A stretch of 51,699 bases of DNA. Origin: a virus (lineage: Duplodnaviria; Caudoviricetes). The translations under genes and the position numbers were made by a program. Every line of letters starts with the position of its first letter. Positions within the stretch are counted from its first letter, which is position 1. Below are positions 8,775-19,072 of the stretch, piece by piece. The notes beneath the pieces were generated by a model. It did no database searches and was not told the DNA's origin. It was given only the letters and a program-made list of their open reading frames with translations. The DNA is taken from IMG/VR virus record IMGVR_UViG_3300031182_000053, positions 1-51,699 of that record. One strand, 5' to 3'.

Positions 8775-9833
8775 ATGCCTATGAATCTGGATTTATACAA
8801 AACAACAACGATGCTGCAGGCAATCGAAAAGACGATGCCACTTCGGAAATTCTTCACCCGTACTTTCTTTCCTGGAGTTAATACATTTGTCACTGAAAAC
8901 GTGATCTTCGACTACAAAAAGGGTAAGCGTCCGATGGCCCCGTTTGTTGCGCCGCGCGTCGGCGGTATCACTGTGGCGCGGGATGGTTACCAAACCAAGG
9001 AATACAAAGCTCCGAAGATCGCGCCGCAGCGGATCCTTACGGTTGACGACCTCATGACCCGTGGTATGGGCGAGAATGTATTCAGTCAACGTACACCAGC
9101 ACAGCGTCAGGCTGAGATGCTTGCTAAGGATCTCTCTGAACTTGAGGATATGAATGCCCGTCGGATCGAATGGATGGCCAGAGAGTTGCTCTTGGGGCGT
9201 CCGATCGTTGTCAAAGGGTACATCGACAAACTGGATTCTCAGTATGTCGAGGACGAGATTAATTTCGGATTCGATAATAAACTAATTTTGGCCGGGGCAA
9301 ATAAATGGAGCGACGAAGGATCTGCAAGCAAAAAGTACGGTAACTTGAGAGATTGGCGTCTCGACGTTATCCGCAAATCTGGCATTGCCCCAACAATGGC
9401 AATTTTCGGCCAGAGCGCATGGGATGCATTCCGCAAAGATCCGGAGATCGACAACATGCTGAAACAGCAAAATGCGACCCTTGCCTTGATGAACCCGAGC
9501 GTTATTGATGAGGCTTTGACTTTCTGCGGACGTCTCCCGGGTCTGGGGTTGGAACTTTATACGTATGATGACTGGTTCATTGATGATAACGGCACGGAAC
9601 AGTCGTATATCCCTGCTGATCATGTCATCCTGTGCCGTCCAAATCTGGGAAGCTTCTCTTTCGGTGCCGTTACGCAGATGGAAGCGGATGGACAATTCCA
9701 TACCTACGAAGGTACGCGCATCCCGAAATCTTGGGCAGATCAAAACAGTGATACACGTATGATTCGCTTGAGTACCCGTCCGATTCCGATCCCTGATGAT
9801 GTTGACGGCTGGTTCGTCGCGCAAGTCTTGTAG
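8775..9833 (+). CDS. Major capsid protein E
   Basis: MAPFVAP, RRIEWM, STRPIPIP; lambda gpE family. Confidence 0.92.
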   Translation: MPMNLDLYKTTTMLQAIEKTMPLRKFFTRTFFPGVNTFVTENVIFDYKKGKRPMAPFVAPRVGGITVARDGYQTKEYKAPKIAPQRILTVDDLMTRGMGENVFSQRTPAQRQAEMLAKDLSELEDMNARRIEWMARELLLGRPIVVKGYIDKLDSQYVEDEINFGFDNKLILAGANKWSDEGSASKKYGNLRDWRLDVIRKSGIAPTMAIFGQSAWDAFRKDPEIDNMLKQQNATLALMNPSVIDEALTFCGRLPGLGLELYTYDDWFIDDNGTEQSYIPADHVILCRPNLGSFSFGAVTQMEADGQFHTYEGTRIPKSWADQNSDTRMIRLSTRPIPIPDDVDGWFVAQVL

Positions 9834-9844
9834 GAGGTGTGACA

Positions 9845-10258
9845 GTGAGCCTGAAAGTAAAAAAGAACCAAAAAGTACTGGTTAATGATCGGACGTATAA
9901 AGCGGGGGAGATCATTCCACCGTTGAACGAAAATGAAGAACAACGTCTGTTAAATCTCGGTGTATGCGAACTGTCAGCAGATCTCCCATTACCTCATGCA
10001 GTAGAAGGAGATCACGGTCAAGATGATGGGGATAAAAGGGCCGGGGGTCCAAGTGGTGAAGATCAACTCCCCCTCGACGAGAAAACTAACCCAGTTCTCA
10101 CAGTTGAACAATTCGCGGAATTGAAAGCCGATGAGCAAAAAGCACATCTGAAAGCCCTGGGAATCGATCCAGCTGGCAAAGAAGATGAACGCATCGTTCA
10201 ATACGAGGACTGGTATGCAGAGCAGTTGCCGGAGGGTGAGCTGAATGTCCACCTTTAA
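9845..10258 (+). CDS. Hypothetical head-associated protein
   Basis: Follows the capsid gene; RBS AGGAGGTG. Confidence 0.7.
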   Translation: MSLKVKKNQKVLVNDRTYKAGEIIPPLNENEEQRLLNLGVCELSADLPLPHAVEGDHGQDDGDKRAGGPSGEDQLPLDEKTNPVLTVEQFAELKADEQKAHLKALGIDPAGKEDERIVQYEDWYAEQLPEGELNVHL

Positions 10259-10571
10259 AGAGCAGATCGAGGCCGACGTCGAGGACGTTTTTTTTAACCT
10301 TGATGAATTCGGCGAAGAGCACCGAATCGATGACAAAACAATGACGATCATCATTGATGATGATCTGTTGCAAAAACGAAAATCATCTGCATCAAACCCA
10401 ACGGACGGCGTATATGGCGCGTCTTTTTTATTTCATGCGAAAAAATCGGACTTTGAGAAAAAGCCTGTTATCGACGCGCGAATGAAAGTAGACGATCAGA
10501 TCTATTACGTGTCCGACGTGCAGACGAACGACGAAACATATGTCATCACCCTGCGGAGGAACAAATCGTGA
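10245..10571 (+). CDS. Head-tail joining protein (FII-like)
   Basis: FFNLDEFGEEH motif; synteny. Confidence 0.7.
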   Translation: MSTFKEQIEADVEDVFFNLDEFGEEHRIDDKTMTIIIDDDLLQKRKSSASNPTDGVYGASFLFHAKKSDFEKKPVIDARMKVDDQIYYVSDVQTNDETYVITLRRNKS

Positions 10572-11155
10572 TTACAGTCGATGCCGAAAAGCTGAAGGAG
10601 GTTGAGCGGCGCCTGGGGCAATATCCCAAGAAGGCGCCGCTCGCCATTATGAGAGCCTTAAACCGCACAGCGGCTAACGTCAAAACGAACGCATCGAAGA
10701 AGGTGCGGGAGGAGTACGCGGTTAAGGCGAAAGATGTTAACTCAACCTTCTCAATCCGACGGGCGTCAAAGTCGTCGCTGTCGGCTATGGTCGAGTCAAA
10801 AGCGGGAGCTTTGGGGCTGGACAAGTTTAAGGTTAGCCCTATGACGCCACGACATGCCAAACCTCCGAAGGCTCTCAAGGTTCAGGTTAAGAAAACTGGC
10901 GGAGCTAAGCGGCTTGTCGGGGCGTTTGTGGCTTCAGTCAATGGCAACAAAGTCTTTAAGCGACAACCAGGGGCAAAAGGCCGCAAGGGGAAGAATGGAA
11001 CCTGGACAGCCTTGCCGATCGAACGACTCTTTGGCCCACCTGTTCCGGAGATGCTTGAAAATCAAAGCGTCAGAGCGTATGTTGAACAGGAAGCTGCCAA
11101 AACCTTCGAAACGCGCTTAGACCATGAGATCAAGCGAATTATGGAGGGTAACTAA
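10568..11155 (+). CDS. Minor tail protein Z-like
   Basis: RALNRTA...LPIERLFGPPVPEM; basic protein. Confidence 0.8.
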   Translation: MITVDAEKLKEVERRLGQYPKKAPLAIMRALNRTAANVKTNASKKVREEYAVKAKDVNSTFSIRRASKSSLSAMVESKAGALGLDKFKVSPMTPRHAKPPKALKVQVKKTGGAKRLVGAFVASVNGNKVFKRQPGAKGRKGKNGTWTALPIERLFGPPVPEMLENQSVRAYVEQEAAKTFETRLDHEIKRIMEGN

Positions 11156-11629
11156 ATGTCAACACCATACCTATTACAAGATGCCTTGATCGATGAGATC
11201 AAGGCTCTTTTTGTGGGATTTGAGACGGAGAATGCCCGCGGCGAGCCGGCGCCGTTGAACGTCTATCCGCAGCGGCTCCCCGACAAGCAGGAGGAGGACG
11301 ATTCCGAGCACTTCCCATACATCATCGTGCGCGTAATGGATGGCGGAACCGCAGGGGAAGATGAGGCGGCTACGTGCAAAATTGGGTTGATCGTTGGGGT
11401 ATATGATGAATCCTCCGATCAGCAGGGGCACCGAACGGTGCTCAACATTTTACGCAGGATCGAGACTCACTTTTTCACAAAGCGTTTTGTCGATCGCAAA
11501 TACCAAATTGTTTATCCGTATGACTGGACCTTATATGAGGATGATACCGCACCATTTTACTTCGGCGGCGCAGAGACTAATTGGTTGCTGCCCGCTGTGA
11601 GACAGGAGGTTGATTTGTTTGGCGACTGA
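11156..11629 (+). CDS. Putative tail terminator/completion protein
   Basis: Acidic, FPYIIVR; synteny. Confidence 0.65.
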   Translation: MSTPYLLQDALIDEIKALFVGFETENARGEPAPLNVYPQRLPDKQEEDDSEHFPYIIVRVMDGGTAGEDEAATCKIGLIVGVYDESSDQQGHRTVLNILRRIETHFFTKRFVDRKYQIVYPYDWTLYEDDTAPFYFGGAETNWLLPAVRQEVDLFGD

Positions 11630-11909
11630 AAAAAAACGGGCATCAAGCCGCAGAGAAGAAGCTAAGCCAGTTGATCGGCTCATTTATGTCGGTCCACCGC
11701 TGCCCGGCGGAAAGTTAAATAGCTTCTCGATTTTTAAAGGAGGGGTTCCGAAGTATCTGGATGCTCTGATTAAAGAGCAACCGGATCTTTCCACTCTCAT
11801 TGTGCCAGTGGGCGAATTTGCTCGCGCGCGAGAAGAGGTCAATACCCTTGGAACGGCCCTCCATGCGGCATATCAAAATGTACTGAAGGGAGATCAACAG
11901 AATGGCTGA
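11610..11909 (+). CDS. Hypothetical tail-region protein
   Basis: LIYVGPPL motif; coupled to the sheath gene. Confidence 0.65.
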   Translation: MICLATEKKRASSRREEAKPVDRLIYVGPPLPGGKLNSFSIFKGGVPKYLDALIKEQPDLSTLIVPVGEFARAREEVNTLGTALHAAYQNVLKGDQQNG

Positions 11910-13341
11910 AAGACACGGGATTTACGTTTCTGAGGTTCCTGGATCGGTCATCACCCCGGTACAGCAGAATTTTACGTTACCGGTGGCAATCGGCACAGCG
12001 CCGGTTAACCTTTCAAAATTCTCGGCTCCGCCGGTTAACGTACCGATCCTTTGCTACTCCTACCAGGAGGCAGTTGATGCCATTGGGTACTCGGACGATT
12101 GGGAGGATTACACGCTTTCTGAAGTGATTTATTCGCACTTTCAACTCTACAAACAATCCCCAATCGTGCTAATTAACGTTCTGGATCCTGCAGAGCACAA
12201 AACAACCGTTGCGCCAGAGGCGGTATCCCTGATGGATGGAACGGCTACACTTCCATCCGGCATTATCAAGGGGTCGGTCACCGTGAAAGATGAGGATGGA
12301 TCTACAACCTATGTACTCGACACGGATTACACCTTGAATTTTGATGCTGACGGCAATCTGATCCTGAAGATTAAGAGTGGAGGGGCTATCGCGAATAACG
12401 CAACTCTCCAGGTTGGCTTTGACCAAATTGACGCTAGCAAAGTGGACGCTGCGGATATTATCGGCGGCGTAGACAGCACTACGCTGGCCGTCACGGGCTT
12501 AGAGCTTCTTAACCAAGTGTTTCCTCGTTTCCGGCTGGTTCCGGGGATCGTAATCGCTCCTGGTTGGTCTGATGATCCAACGGTAGCAGCGGTGATGGTC
12601 GCTAAAGCTTCCCTAATCAACAACCATTTCCGGGCTCAGGCAATTACTGACCTGCCCTCCGATTTGCAGTATACGGCGGCTCCAGCATGGAAAGAGGAAC
12701 ATGGCTATACGGACCCCCGACAGTTTAACACTTACCCGAAAGTGACAAAATCGGGCAAGGTGTACCGCTTGTCTACTCACTTGGCCGGCGTAATTTGCCG
12801 GACAGACGCCGGGAACGCAGGGATCCCTAGCTTGTCGCCGTCGAACAAGAGCATGGAGATTGACGGCACGCGGACCGATGATCGAGAGCTGGCCCTCGGG
12901 CCGGAGCACACCGAATACCTTAACGCCGCGGGTATCCATACCGCCTTGAATTTTATCGGTGGTTGGGCCACACGTGGTAACCGTACCGGTGCATACCCGG
13001 CACAGAGCGATCCGCAAAGCGCATTTATTCCAGTTCGGCGCATGATGGACTGGATTGCGAACTCAGTGACGTTGACTTATTGGCGTTACCTCGATGGTGC
13101 AATTAATAAGCGGCTGGTAGAGGCGATCACAGATAGCGTCAATATTTGGCTCAATGGATTGACGTCGAATGGGTATATCTTGGGCGGTCGGGTGGAGTTT
13201 CTTTCGGAAGAAAATCCACCGGAGAACATTATGGACGGTAAACTGAAATTTCACATCTATGTGACGCCACCGTCTCCGGCGCAGGTCATCGACTTTGTGC
13301 TCGAATATGACGTCAATTATCTTGCTGCAATCGCAGCATAA
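11902..13341 (+). CDS. Tail sheath protein
   Basis: HGIYVSE start, APGWS, SPSNK, FIPVRR, TPPSPAQ. Confidence 0.92.
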   Translation: MAERHGIYVSEVPGSVITPVQQNFTLPVAIGTAPVNLSKFSAPPVNVPILCYSYQEAVDAIGYSDDWEDYTLSEVIYSHFQLYKQSPIVLINVLDPAEHKTTVAPEAVSLMDGTATLPSGIIKGSVTVKDEDGSTTYVLDTDYTLNFDADGNLILKIKSGGAIANNATLQVGFDQIDASKVDAADIIGGVDSTTLAVTGLELLNQVFPRFRLVPGIVIAPGWSDDPTVAAVMVAKASLINNHFRAQAITDLPSDLQYTAAPAWKEEHGYTDPRQFNTYPKVTKSGKVYRLSTHLAGVICRTDAGNAGIPSLSPSNKSMEIDGTRTDDRELALGPEHTEYLNAAGIHTALNFIGGWATRGNRTGAYPAQSDPQSAFIPVRRMMDWIANSVTLTYWRYLDGAINKRLVEAITDSVNIWLNGLTSNGYILGGRVEFLSEENPPENIMDGKLKFHIYVTPPSPAQVIDFVLEYDVNYLAAIAA

Positions 13342-13355
13342 AGGAGGGAAAGGAC

Positions 13356-13877
13356 TTGCCTAAGCAAATTCCATCAAGCTTAACCGACTTCAATGCTTAT
13401 AGAAACGGCAGTGAATATTTGGGCGTTGCCGACGTGGAGTTGCCGAATCTGGAGGCCATGACTCAAACTTTAAGTGGTGCGGGCATCGCTGGCGAAATTG
13501 AAATTCCGATACTAGGGCTATTCGGATCGATGACGACAACGATTAACTGGCGGACGCTCGATAAAGCCACTTTCAAACTAGCCCGACTAGAAGCGCAGCA
13601 AATCGACTTCCGAGGCTCTATTCAGGGCTTTGACACCGGCTCCAGCACGATTACCCACACTCCATTGAAGGTTACAATGCGAGTTCTCCCTAAAAATACG
13701 AACTTAGGTAGCCTGACGACTGGTAACCCTATGGAAAGTGGGAACGAATTGGAAGTCATTTATATCAAAATCATCTACGACGGCGTTACCGTCACCGAGA
13801 TCGATCGCTTTAACTATATTTGCATCATTGATGGAGTGGACTACTCCGCCAAGATCCGGGCGAATCTCGGCGAATAA
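13356..13877 (+). CDS. Tail tube protein (P2 FII-like)
   Basis: YLGVADVELP...GAGIAGEI...IDGVDY. Confidence 0.9.
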   Translation: MPKQIPSSLTDFNAYRNGSEYLGVADVELPNLEAMTQTLSGAGIAGEIEIPILGLFGSMTTTINWRTLDKATFKLARLEAQQIDFRGSIQGFDTGSSTITHTPLKVTMRVLPKNTNLGSLTTGNPMESGNELEVIYIKIIYDGVTVTEIDRFNYICIIDGVDYSAKIRANLGE

Positions 13878-13891
13878 AGGAGGAAATAAAC

Positions 13892-14221
13892 ATGACTACC
13901 CCAGAAAAAACGCAGGAAAAGGTCGCGAATCCCAACGAGTACACCCTGATCAAACCAATTCAATTCGACGGGGAGACGGTGACCACTCTGAATCTCGATT
14001 TTGATGATTTGACTGCGGAGGATTTGATCGCTTGTGCTAAACAAGCCCGCCGGATTGATCCGGATGAGATTACGCCGGCGAGAGCCACCGCTCTGTCCTA
14101 TCAAATGGCTGTGGCAGCAAGGGCGGCCAAACAACCGATTGAACTGATTAAGGCTCTTAAGGCCAAAGATTTCACCCAAATTACGCAGTTGGCTGCCAAT
14201 TTTTTAATGATTCCGGAATAA
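13892..14221 (+). CDS. Tail assembly chaperone
   Basis: Between tube and tape measure genes; LKAKDF. Confidence 0.85.
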   Translation: MTTPEKTQEKVANPNEYTLIKPIQFDGETVTTLNLDFDDLTAEDLIACAKQARRIDPDEITPARATALSYQMAVAARAAKQPIELIKALKAKDFTQITQLAANFLMIPE

Positions 14222-14412
14222 AGGATGTCCAATACCTGAGGGAGATCATCCTGATCCTCTCCTCCTCTATTCCGGGATCGCATATCGATTACTGGATGCG
14301 TCAGCCATTGAGCGATTTAATTAAGTGGTTTGAAGCACACCAGAATGTCGAGAAAAAACGTGCAGCACGGCAGCCAAAACCAACCCAATACAGAAGGGTG
14401 GGTAGGCGGTAA
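14200..14412 (+). CDS. -1 frameshift extension of the tail chaperone
   Basis: Slippery T TTT TTA at 14200-14206. The -1 frame is open (NDSGIKDVQYLREIILIL...YWMRQPLSDLIKW...) to a TAA that overlaps the tape measure ATG. Confidence 0.8.
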   Translation, partial: FFNDSGIKDVQYLREIILILSSSIPGSHIDYWMRQPLSDLIKWFEAHQNVEKKRAARQPKPTQYRRVGRR

Positions 14413-16685
14413 TGGCAAACAAAAAAATATACTCAACCATTTTTGAGCTCGGCGGGAAGTTAAATTCATCTTTCAGCCGAGCTTTTAAACAGGCAAAAAA
14501 GGGTACTGACCAGGCTGAATCCGGCCTTCGCGGTGTGCAAAAAGAGGCGAAAGAAACAGCAGGGGCATTCGGTAAGCTTTCCAAGGTTACTGGTGATTTC
14601 GGCAAAGCGTTGTACAAGGTTTCTCAGTACACCGGAGCGTTCGCACTTGTATCCGGGGTCACTGACACCTTCACGGATATGGTTGGTTCGGTTGGTGACT
14701 ATCAATCGGAGCTAAAGCAGGTTCAAGCTGCCACCGGTGCGACCAAAGAAGAAATGAGGGAAATGTCCGATATTATACGGAATTTGTACACGCAAAATCT
14801 CGGAGAAAGTTGGACGGATCTGTCGGAAGCCTTAACCATTGCCCGCCAGGTAACCCATCAACAGGGCAAAGAATTGGAGGATACGACGAAGAATGCGCTG
14901 ATTTATCGTGATGTTTTCAAAGGTGATTTTGCCGAATCTTTGAAAACGGCAGACACGATGGTTAAAAACTTCGGTATCACCAGTTCGCAGGCGTTCAACT
15001 TACTTGCGCAGGGGGCTCAGAAGGGGCTCGATAAGTCAGGTGAGTTGCTTGATTCAGCAAACGAATACGCTCCATACTTTAAAACCCTTGGTTTTACTGC
15101 CGATCAGATGTTTAATACATTCAGCGCCGGGCTTGAGTCCGGCGCTTTTAATTTAGACAAGGTCGGGGATGCGGTTAAGGAGTTCGGAATACGTGTCAAG
15201 GACGATTCCAAGAGTACAAATGAGGCGTTTACGGCTCTAGGTCTGAATGCCTCGAAAATGGCTCAGACCTTCGCTCGCGGTGGTCCAGAAGCACAGGCAG
15301 CATTTAAGCAGGTAGTAAAGGCCATCTCAAGCGTGAAAGATCCGGTGAAGAAGAACGTCATCGGCGTCCAGCTATTCGGGACTATGTTTGAGGACTTGGA
15401 GAAAGATGTCATTGCAGCCATGGGGAATGCTCGGGATCAATTTGACATGACAAAGAACACTATGCAGGAAGTCGCTGAGATTAAGTATGACACCATCGGA
15501 GCGGCATTCCAGGGGATCGGCCGGCAGATTATGACGGAGCTGATCCTCCCAATCGGTGACAAAGCTCTCCCTGTACTGCAACGCTTTGGTAAATGGATTC
15601 AGGTGGCGATTCCTCAAGCTAAAAAGTACATGGGACAGCTTTGGGAAGAGGTCAGCAAACTTGGAGAGTTCTTTGCTCCACTGAAAGGTGAGGCAACCAA
15701 AGCGTTCAAGGTAATTACCCCATACTTAATATCATTCGCTGATTCAGCAAAGAGGATTTTTGCTCAGGTAGGTCCAGTGATTGTTAAGACGGCATCCGCT
15801 GTATGGCAGGCCGGGACGAGAATGGCAAAGGCAATTATGCCGTTTGGGGTATATCTGCAGCAGAAACTTGGTCCGGTTATCTCCAAAGTGTTCGGGTTTA
15901 TTGCGAATGATGCTGTTCCTGCGGTATCCAGGGCGTTTACGGCCATGCTGCCGTCAATTATTTCAGTGGCTACTAAGTTTGGCTCCACCATATCGGCGCT
16001 TTTTAACTTCGTTAAGCCGATCATCAACGCTTTGGTCGGCGTGTTCAACTTCGCCTTCCCGATCATCAAATCTGTTGTTCTAGCCGCCATACATTCAGTT
16101 TCCGGCATTTTTAATGGTCTGATGACCACTCTCGGAGGCGTTCTGGACTTCATAACAGGCGTTTTCACCGGTAACTGGGGAAAAGCGTGGGAAGGTGTTA
16201 GAGACATCTTCAGCGGTGTTTTCTCGGCCCTTGGATCGATCTTAAAAGCTCCGATCAATGCTGTAATTGGCCTGATTAATCAAGCGTTTGAAAAAATCGG
16301 ATCCATCAGCATTGACATCCCCGATTGGGTGCCTGGCCTCGGAGGCAAAACCTTCGGCATCGATCTTCCACAAATTCCTATGCTTGCTGAGGGTGGGATT
16401 GCAACGGGGCCAACTTTAGCCATGATCGGCGAGGGAGCGGAGCAGGAGGCGGTGCTGCCGCTGTCCAAACTGGAGAGTTTGTTGGACTCTCGCGGAGCTA
16501 CAGTTTCCAGTGGTGGGGGCGGAGGTGGCGGAGACATTTACATTGATTTCTCGCCGCAATATAACGTATCCGGCGGAGCTGATGTGCAGAAAGAAGTCGC
16601 ACAGGCATCCGAAATGTCCCTCCAAAAACTCGAACAAATGCTGAAAAAATTGCAAGCCAAGCAGCAGAGGGTGAGATTTCAATGA
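14412..16685 (+). CDS. Tape measure protein
   Basis: 757 aa helical; NLDKVGDAVKEF core, aromatic repeats, LAEGGI..PTLAMIGE C-terminus. Confidence 0.92.
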   Translation: MANKKIYSTIFELGGKLNSSFSRAFKQAKKGTDQAESGLRGVQKEAKETAGAFGKLSKVTGDFGKALYKVSQYTGAFALVSGVTDTFTDMVGSVGDYQSELKQVQAATGATKEEMREMSDIIRNLYTQNLGESWTDLSEALTIARQVTHQQGKELEDTTKNALIYRDVFKGDFAESLKTADTMVKNFGITSSQAFNLLAQGAQKGLDKSGELLDSANEYAPYFKTLGFTADQMFNTFSAGLESGAFNLDKVGDAVKEFGIRVKDDSKSTNEAFTALGLNASKMAQTFARGGPEAQAAFKQVVKAISSVKDPVKKNVIGVQLFGTMFEDLEKDVIAAMGNARDQFDMTKNTMQEVAEIKYDTIGAAFQGIGRQIMTELILPIGDKALPVLQRFGKWIQVAIPQAKKYMGQLWEEVSKLGEFFAPLKGEATKAFKVITPYLISFADSAKRIFAQVGPVIVKTASAVWQAGTRMAKAIMPFGVYLQQKLGPVISKVFGFIANDAVPAVSRAFTAMLPSIISVATKFGSTISALFNFVKPIINALVGVFNFAFPIIKSVVLAAIHSVSGIFNGLMTTLGGVLDFITGVFTGNWGKAWEGVRDIFSGVFSALGSILKAPINAVIGLINQAFEKIGSISIDIPDWVPGLGGKTFGIDLPQIPMLAEGGIATGPTLAMIGEGAEQEAVLPLSKLESLLDSRGATVSSGGGGGGGDIYIDFSPQYNVSGGADVQKEVAQASEMSLQKLEQMLKKLQAKQQRVRFQ

Positions 16686-16888
16686 GGCGATACACAACAA
16701 TTCAAGGAGATACTTGGGATGGTATCTCCTTGAAACTTTACGGAAACGAGAGATATGCAACGCTGTTAATGGAGCATAATCAAAGACATGTTCACACGAT
16801 GATCTTCTCTGCCGGAGTGTTACTAGATGTTCCTGACGTTCCCGCGCAGCAAGCGGCGACTTTACCTCCTTGGAAGCGGGGTGAGTGA
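16682..16888 (+). CDS. Tail protein X (LysM-like)
   Basis: YTTIQGDTWDGIS...LPPWKR. Confidence 0.88.
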   Translation: MRRYTTIQGDTWDGISLKLYGNERYATLLMEHNQRHVHTMIFSAGVLLDVPDVPAQQAATLPPWKRGE

Positions 16889-16889
16889 C

Positions 16890-17924
16890 TTGGATAAAAT
16901 GCAGGATGCACGACGGGCTGAACTCCATCTGAATTACAATGGGGTCGGACTCTCCCTCGACATCACGAATGATGCCTTCGATTTTACGTATACGGATGCT
17001 GCGCCCGGGAGTCTGGACGACATATCGTTGTCCCTGCAGGACCGAGATCGACTTTGGCAAAGTCCTGAATGGGCCCCCCTGCAAGGCGATAAGATCAAGG
17101 CCGAGATCCGAACGATAAACTGGACCAAACCTGGAGAGGTTACTAAGCTCCCTCTTGGCAGTTTCGAGGTCGATTCCTTCACGTTCACCGGTCCTCCGGA
17201 TGCTGTAAGTATCAAGGCGGTAAGCTTGCCGGTTGCTGCGAATATCCGGCAGGAAAAGCGGACGAAGGCTTGGGAAAAGGTGACATTAAAGACGATTGCA
17301 GCGGATGTAGCAAAAAAGGCCGGACTAAAGCTGAGTTATTTGCTGAAGGATACCTACAGCTATGAAAGGCTGGACCAAACGGACCAATCTGACATCGAAT
17401 TTTTAAACGAGCAGGCAAAGTCTGAGGGTGTGGCTATCAAGGTCACAGGCGGTCAGCTTGTACTATTTGATGAATTTGAATTTGAAAAAGCAGCCCCGGT
17501 GCTGACGTTAACCCGTGGCAAAGATAACATCCTGAGCTATGAATTTGGTTGGAGCGCAGCGGATGCGAGTTATATCGCATGCGAAATCAGCTATACCCAG
17601 GCCAAGTCAAAAAAGACGATCAAAGCCGTCTATAAGCCTCCAGGAGCACCGAAGATAGGACCAGTTCTAAAGATTAATGAGCAGGCTAGGAGCCAAGCGG
17701 AGGCGCTCCGGATTGCTAAAAAGGCTCTGAGGGAGAAAAACAAGGAGCTGAGCGGGGCACGCTTTACGATCATCGGGGACACCCGTATAGCCGCAGGTGT
17801 AACGGTCATGATTGAGGGGTTTGGTAGTTTTGACAACAAGTATCTGATCACTTCTGCTACTCACCAATTAGGCAGTGGCGGCTACACGACGGATATCGAA
17901 ATGCGCCAAACATTGGGGTGGTGA
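16890..17924 (+). CDS. Baseplate hub, late control D family
   Basis: FTYTD, QTDQSDIEFL, YLITSATH. Confidence 0.88.
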   Translation: MDKMQDARRAELHLNYNGVGLSLDITNDAFDFTYTDAAPGSLDDISLSLQDRDRLWQSPEWAPLQGDKIKAEIRTINWTKPGEVTKLPLGSFEVDSFTFTGPPDAVSIKAVSLPVAANIRQEKRTKAWEKVTLKTIAADVAKKAGLKLSYLLKDTYSYERLDQTDQSDIEFLNEQAKSEGVAIKVTGGQLVLFDEFEFEKAAPVLTLTRGKDNILSYEFGWSAADASYIACEISYTQAKSKKTIKAVYKPPGAPKIGPVLKINEQARSQAEALRIAKKALREKNKELSGARFTIIGDTRIAAGVTVMIEGFGSFDNKYLITSATHQLGSGGYTTDIEMRQTLGW

Positions 17925-17925
17925 A

Positions 17926-18354
17926 ATGGGACTTGCACAGAATTTGTTACGCATCGGAATAGTGTCGAGCGCCGATTATACTGCCGGTATGGTTAGGGTT
18001 ACGTTCCCCGATAGGGATGACTCGGTGAGTGATTTATTACCCGTTCTGACGCCCGGCGGGTGGGGTAAGGGTAACGCTATTCCGAGCGTAGGCGATAGCG
18101 TGCTGTGTTGCTTTTTAGGCAACGGGATCGGAACGGGGTTTTGCCTCGGAAGCTATTACACCGATTCAGATCTGCCTCCTGCTGGTGAGCAGCAGCGCGG
18201 CGTATGGTTTGAAGATGGCAGTTACGTCTATTATGACCGGCAGACCGGGAAGCTCGTTGTTAAGGCGGCCAGCGGCGTCAAAATCGAAGGTGATCTGGAG
18301 GTTACCGGATCAATTACGGCTCAAACGATCACGAGAGCGGGTGAGCAATTATGA
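17926..18354 (+). CDS. Baseplate spike gpV-like
   Basis: RIGIVSS, PSVGDSVLC, FEDGSYVYYD. Confidence 0.85.
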   Translation: MGLAQNLLRIGIVSSADYTAGMVRVTFPDRDDSVSDLLPVLTPGGWGKGNAIPSVGDSVLCCFLGNGIGTGFCLGSYYTDSDLPPAGEQQRGVWFEDGSYVYYDRQTGKLVVKAASGVKIEGDLEVTGSITAQTITRAGEQL

Positions 18355-18743
18355 TAGGCTCTTTGGGCCCGGTGGTGTTCGTGGTGTCAGCCGACACAAT
18401 ACGGACTTTTACGGATTTTAAGCGAAGTAGCGCTGGCCGCTATGCACGCCATGAGGTGCTTGATTTAAAACCGAAAACACAGTTTATAGGTCCGGGTCTG
18501 GATACGGTCTCCTTTCGCATGCGGTTCGACGTGAGATATGGGATCAACCCGCGAAAGGAACTCGACCAGTTGACCGAGATAGATCGAAAAGGGAAGGCGA
18601 TGCCGCTGGTGATTGGCGGTAAGGGGGTCGGTGTCGGACTGTGGGTTATAACGGGGCTTGAGCAGTCCTGGGAAGAGATCGACGCTAAGGGGAATATACT
18701 CTCAGCGACGGTAGATATTACATTGGAGGAATACGTCAAATGA
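18351..18743 (+). CDS. Tail protein gpU (P2)-like
   Basis: MIGSLGPVVF, ARHE, FIGPGL, LEEY. Confidence 0.85.
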   Translation: MIGSLGPVVFVVSADTIRTFTDFKRSSAGRYARHEVLDLKPKTQFIGPGLDTVSFRMRFDVRYGINPRKELDQLTEIDRKGKAMPLVIGGKGVGVGLWVITGLEQSWEEIDAKGNILSATVDITLEEYVK

Positions 18744-19072
18744 GTTATACCGTGGACATGAGAATGCAGCCGACTATTACTTTCGGGCCGAAAACTTTGG
18801 TGGAAGAAGTCGGACAGAACATCCGGACGTTACTAGCTACCCCTGTTGGATCTGTGCCGTATGCACGAGCCATCGGCCTTGATAACAGTATCTTGGATGA
18901 TCCGTTGCCTATCCTCCGAGCCCGTTTAACTGGGGTAATCCATGCCCTGGTGACAGAATATGAGCCCCGGGCCACCATCACAAAGGTTGATTTTTTCCAG
19001 GACGACAAAACCGGCACCTTGATACCGGTCATTTACTACAGCCTGGCTGAGGAGGTGAGCGACTTTGGCTAA
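18740..19072 (+). CDS. Baseplate gpW/gp25 family
   Basis: QNIRTLLATPVGSVPYARAIG, YEPRA. Confidence 0.88.
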   Translation: MSYTVDMRMQPTITFGPKTLVEEVGQNIRTLLATPVGSVPYARAIGLDNSILDDPLPILRARLTGVIHALVTEYEPRATITKVDFFQDDKTGTLIPVIYYSLAEEVSDFG

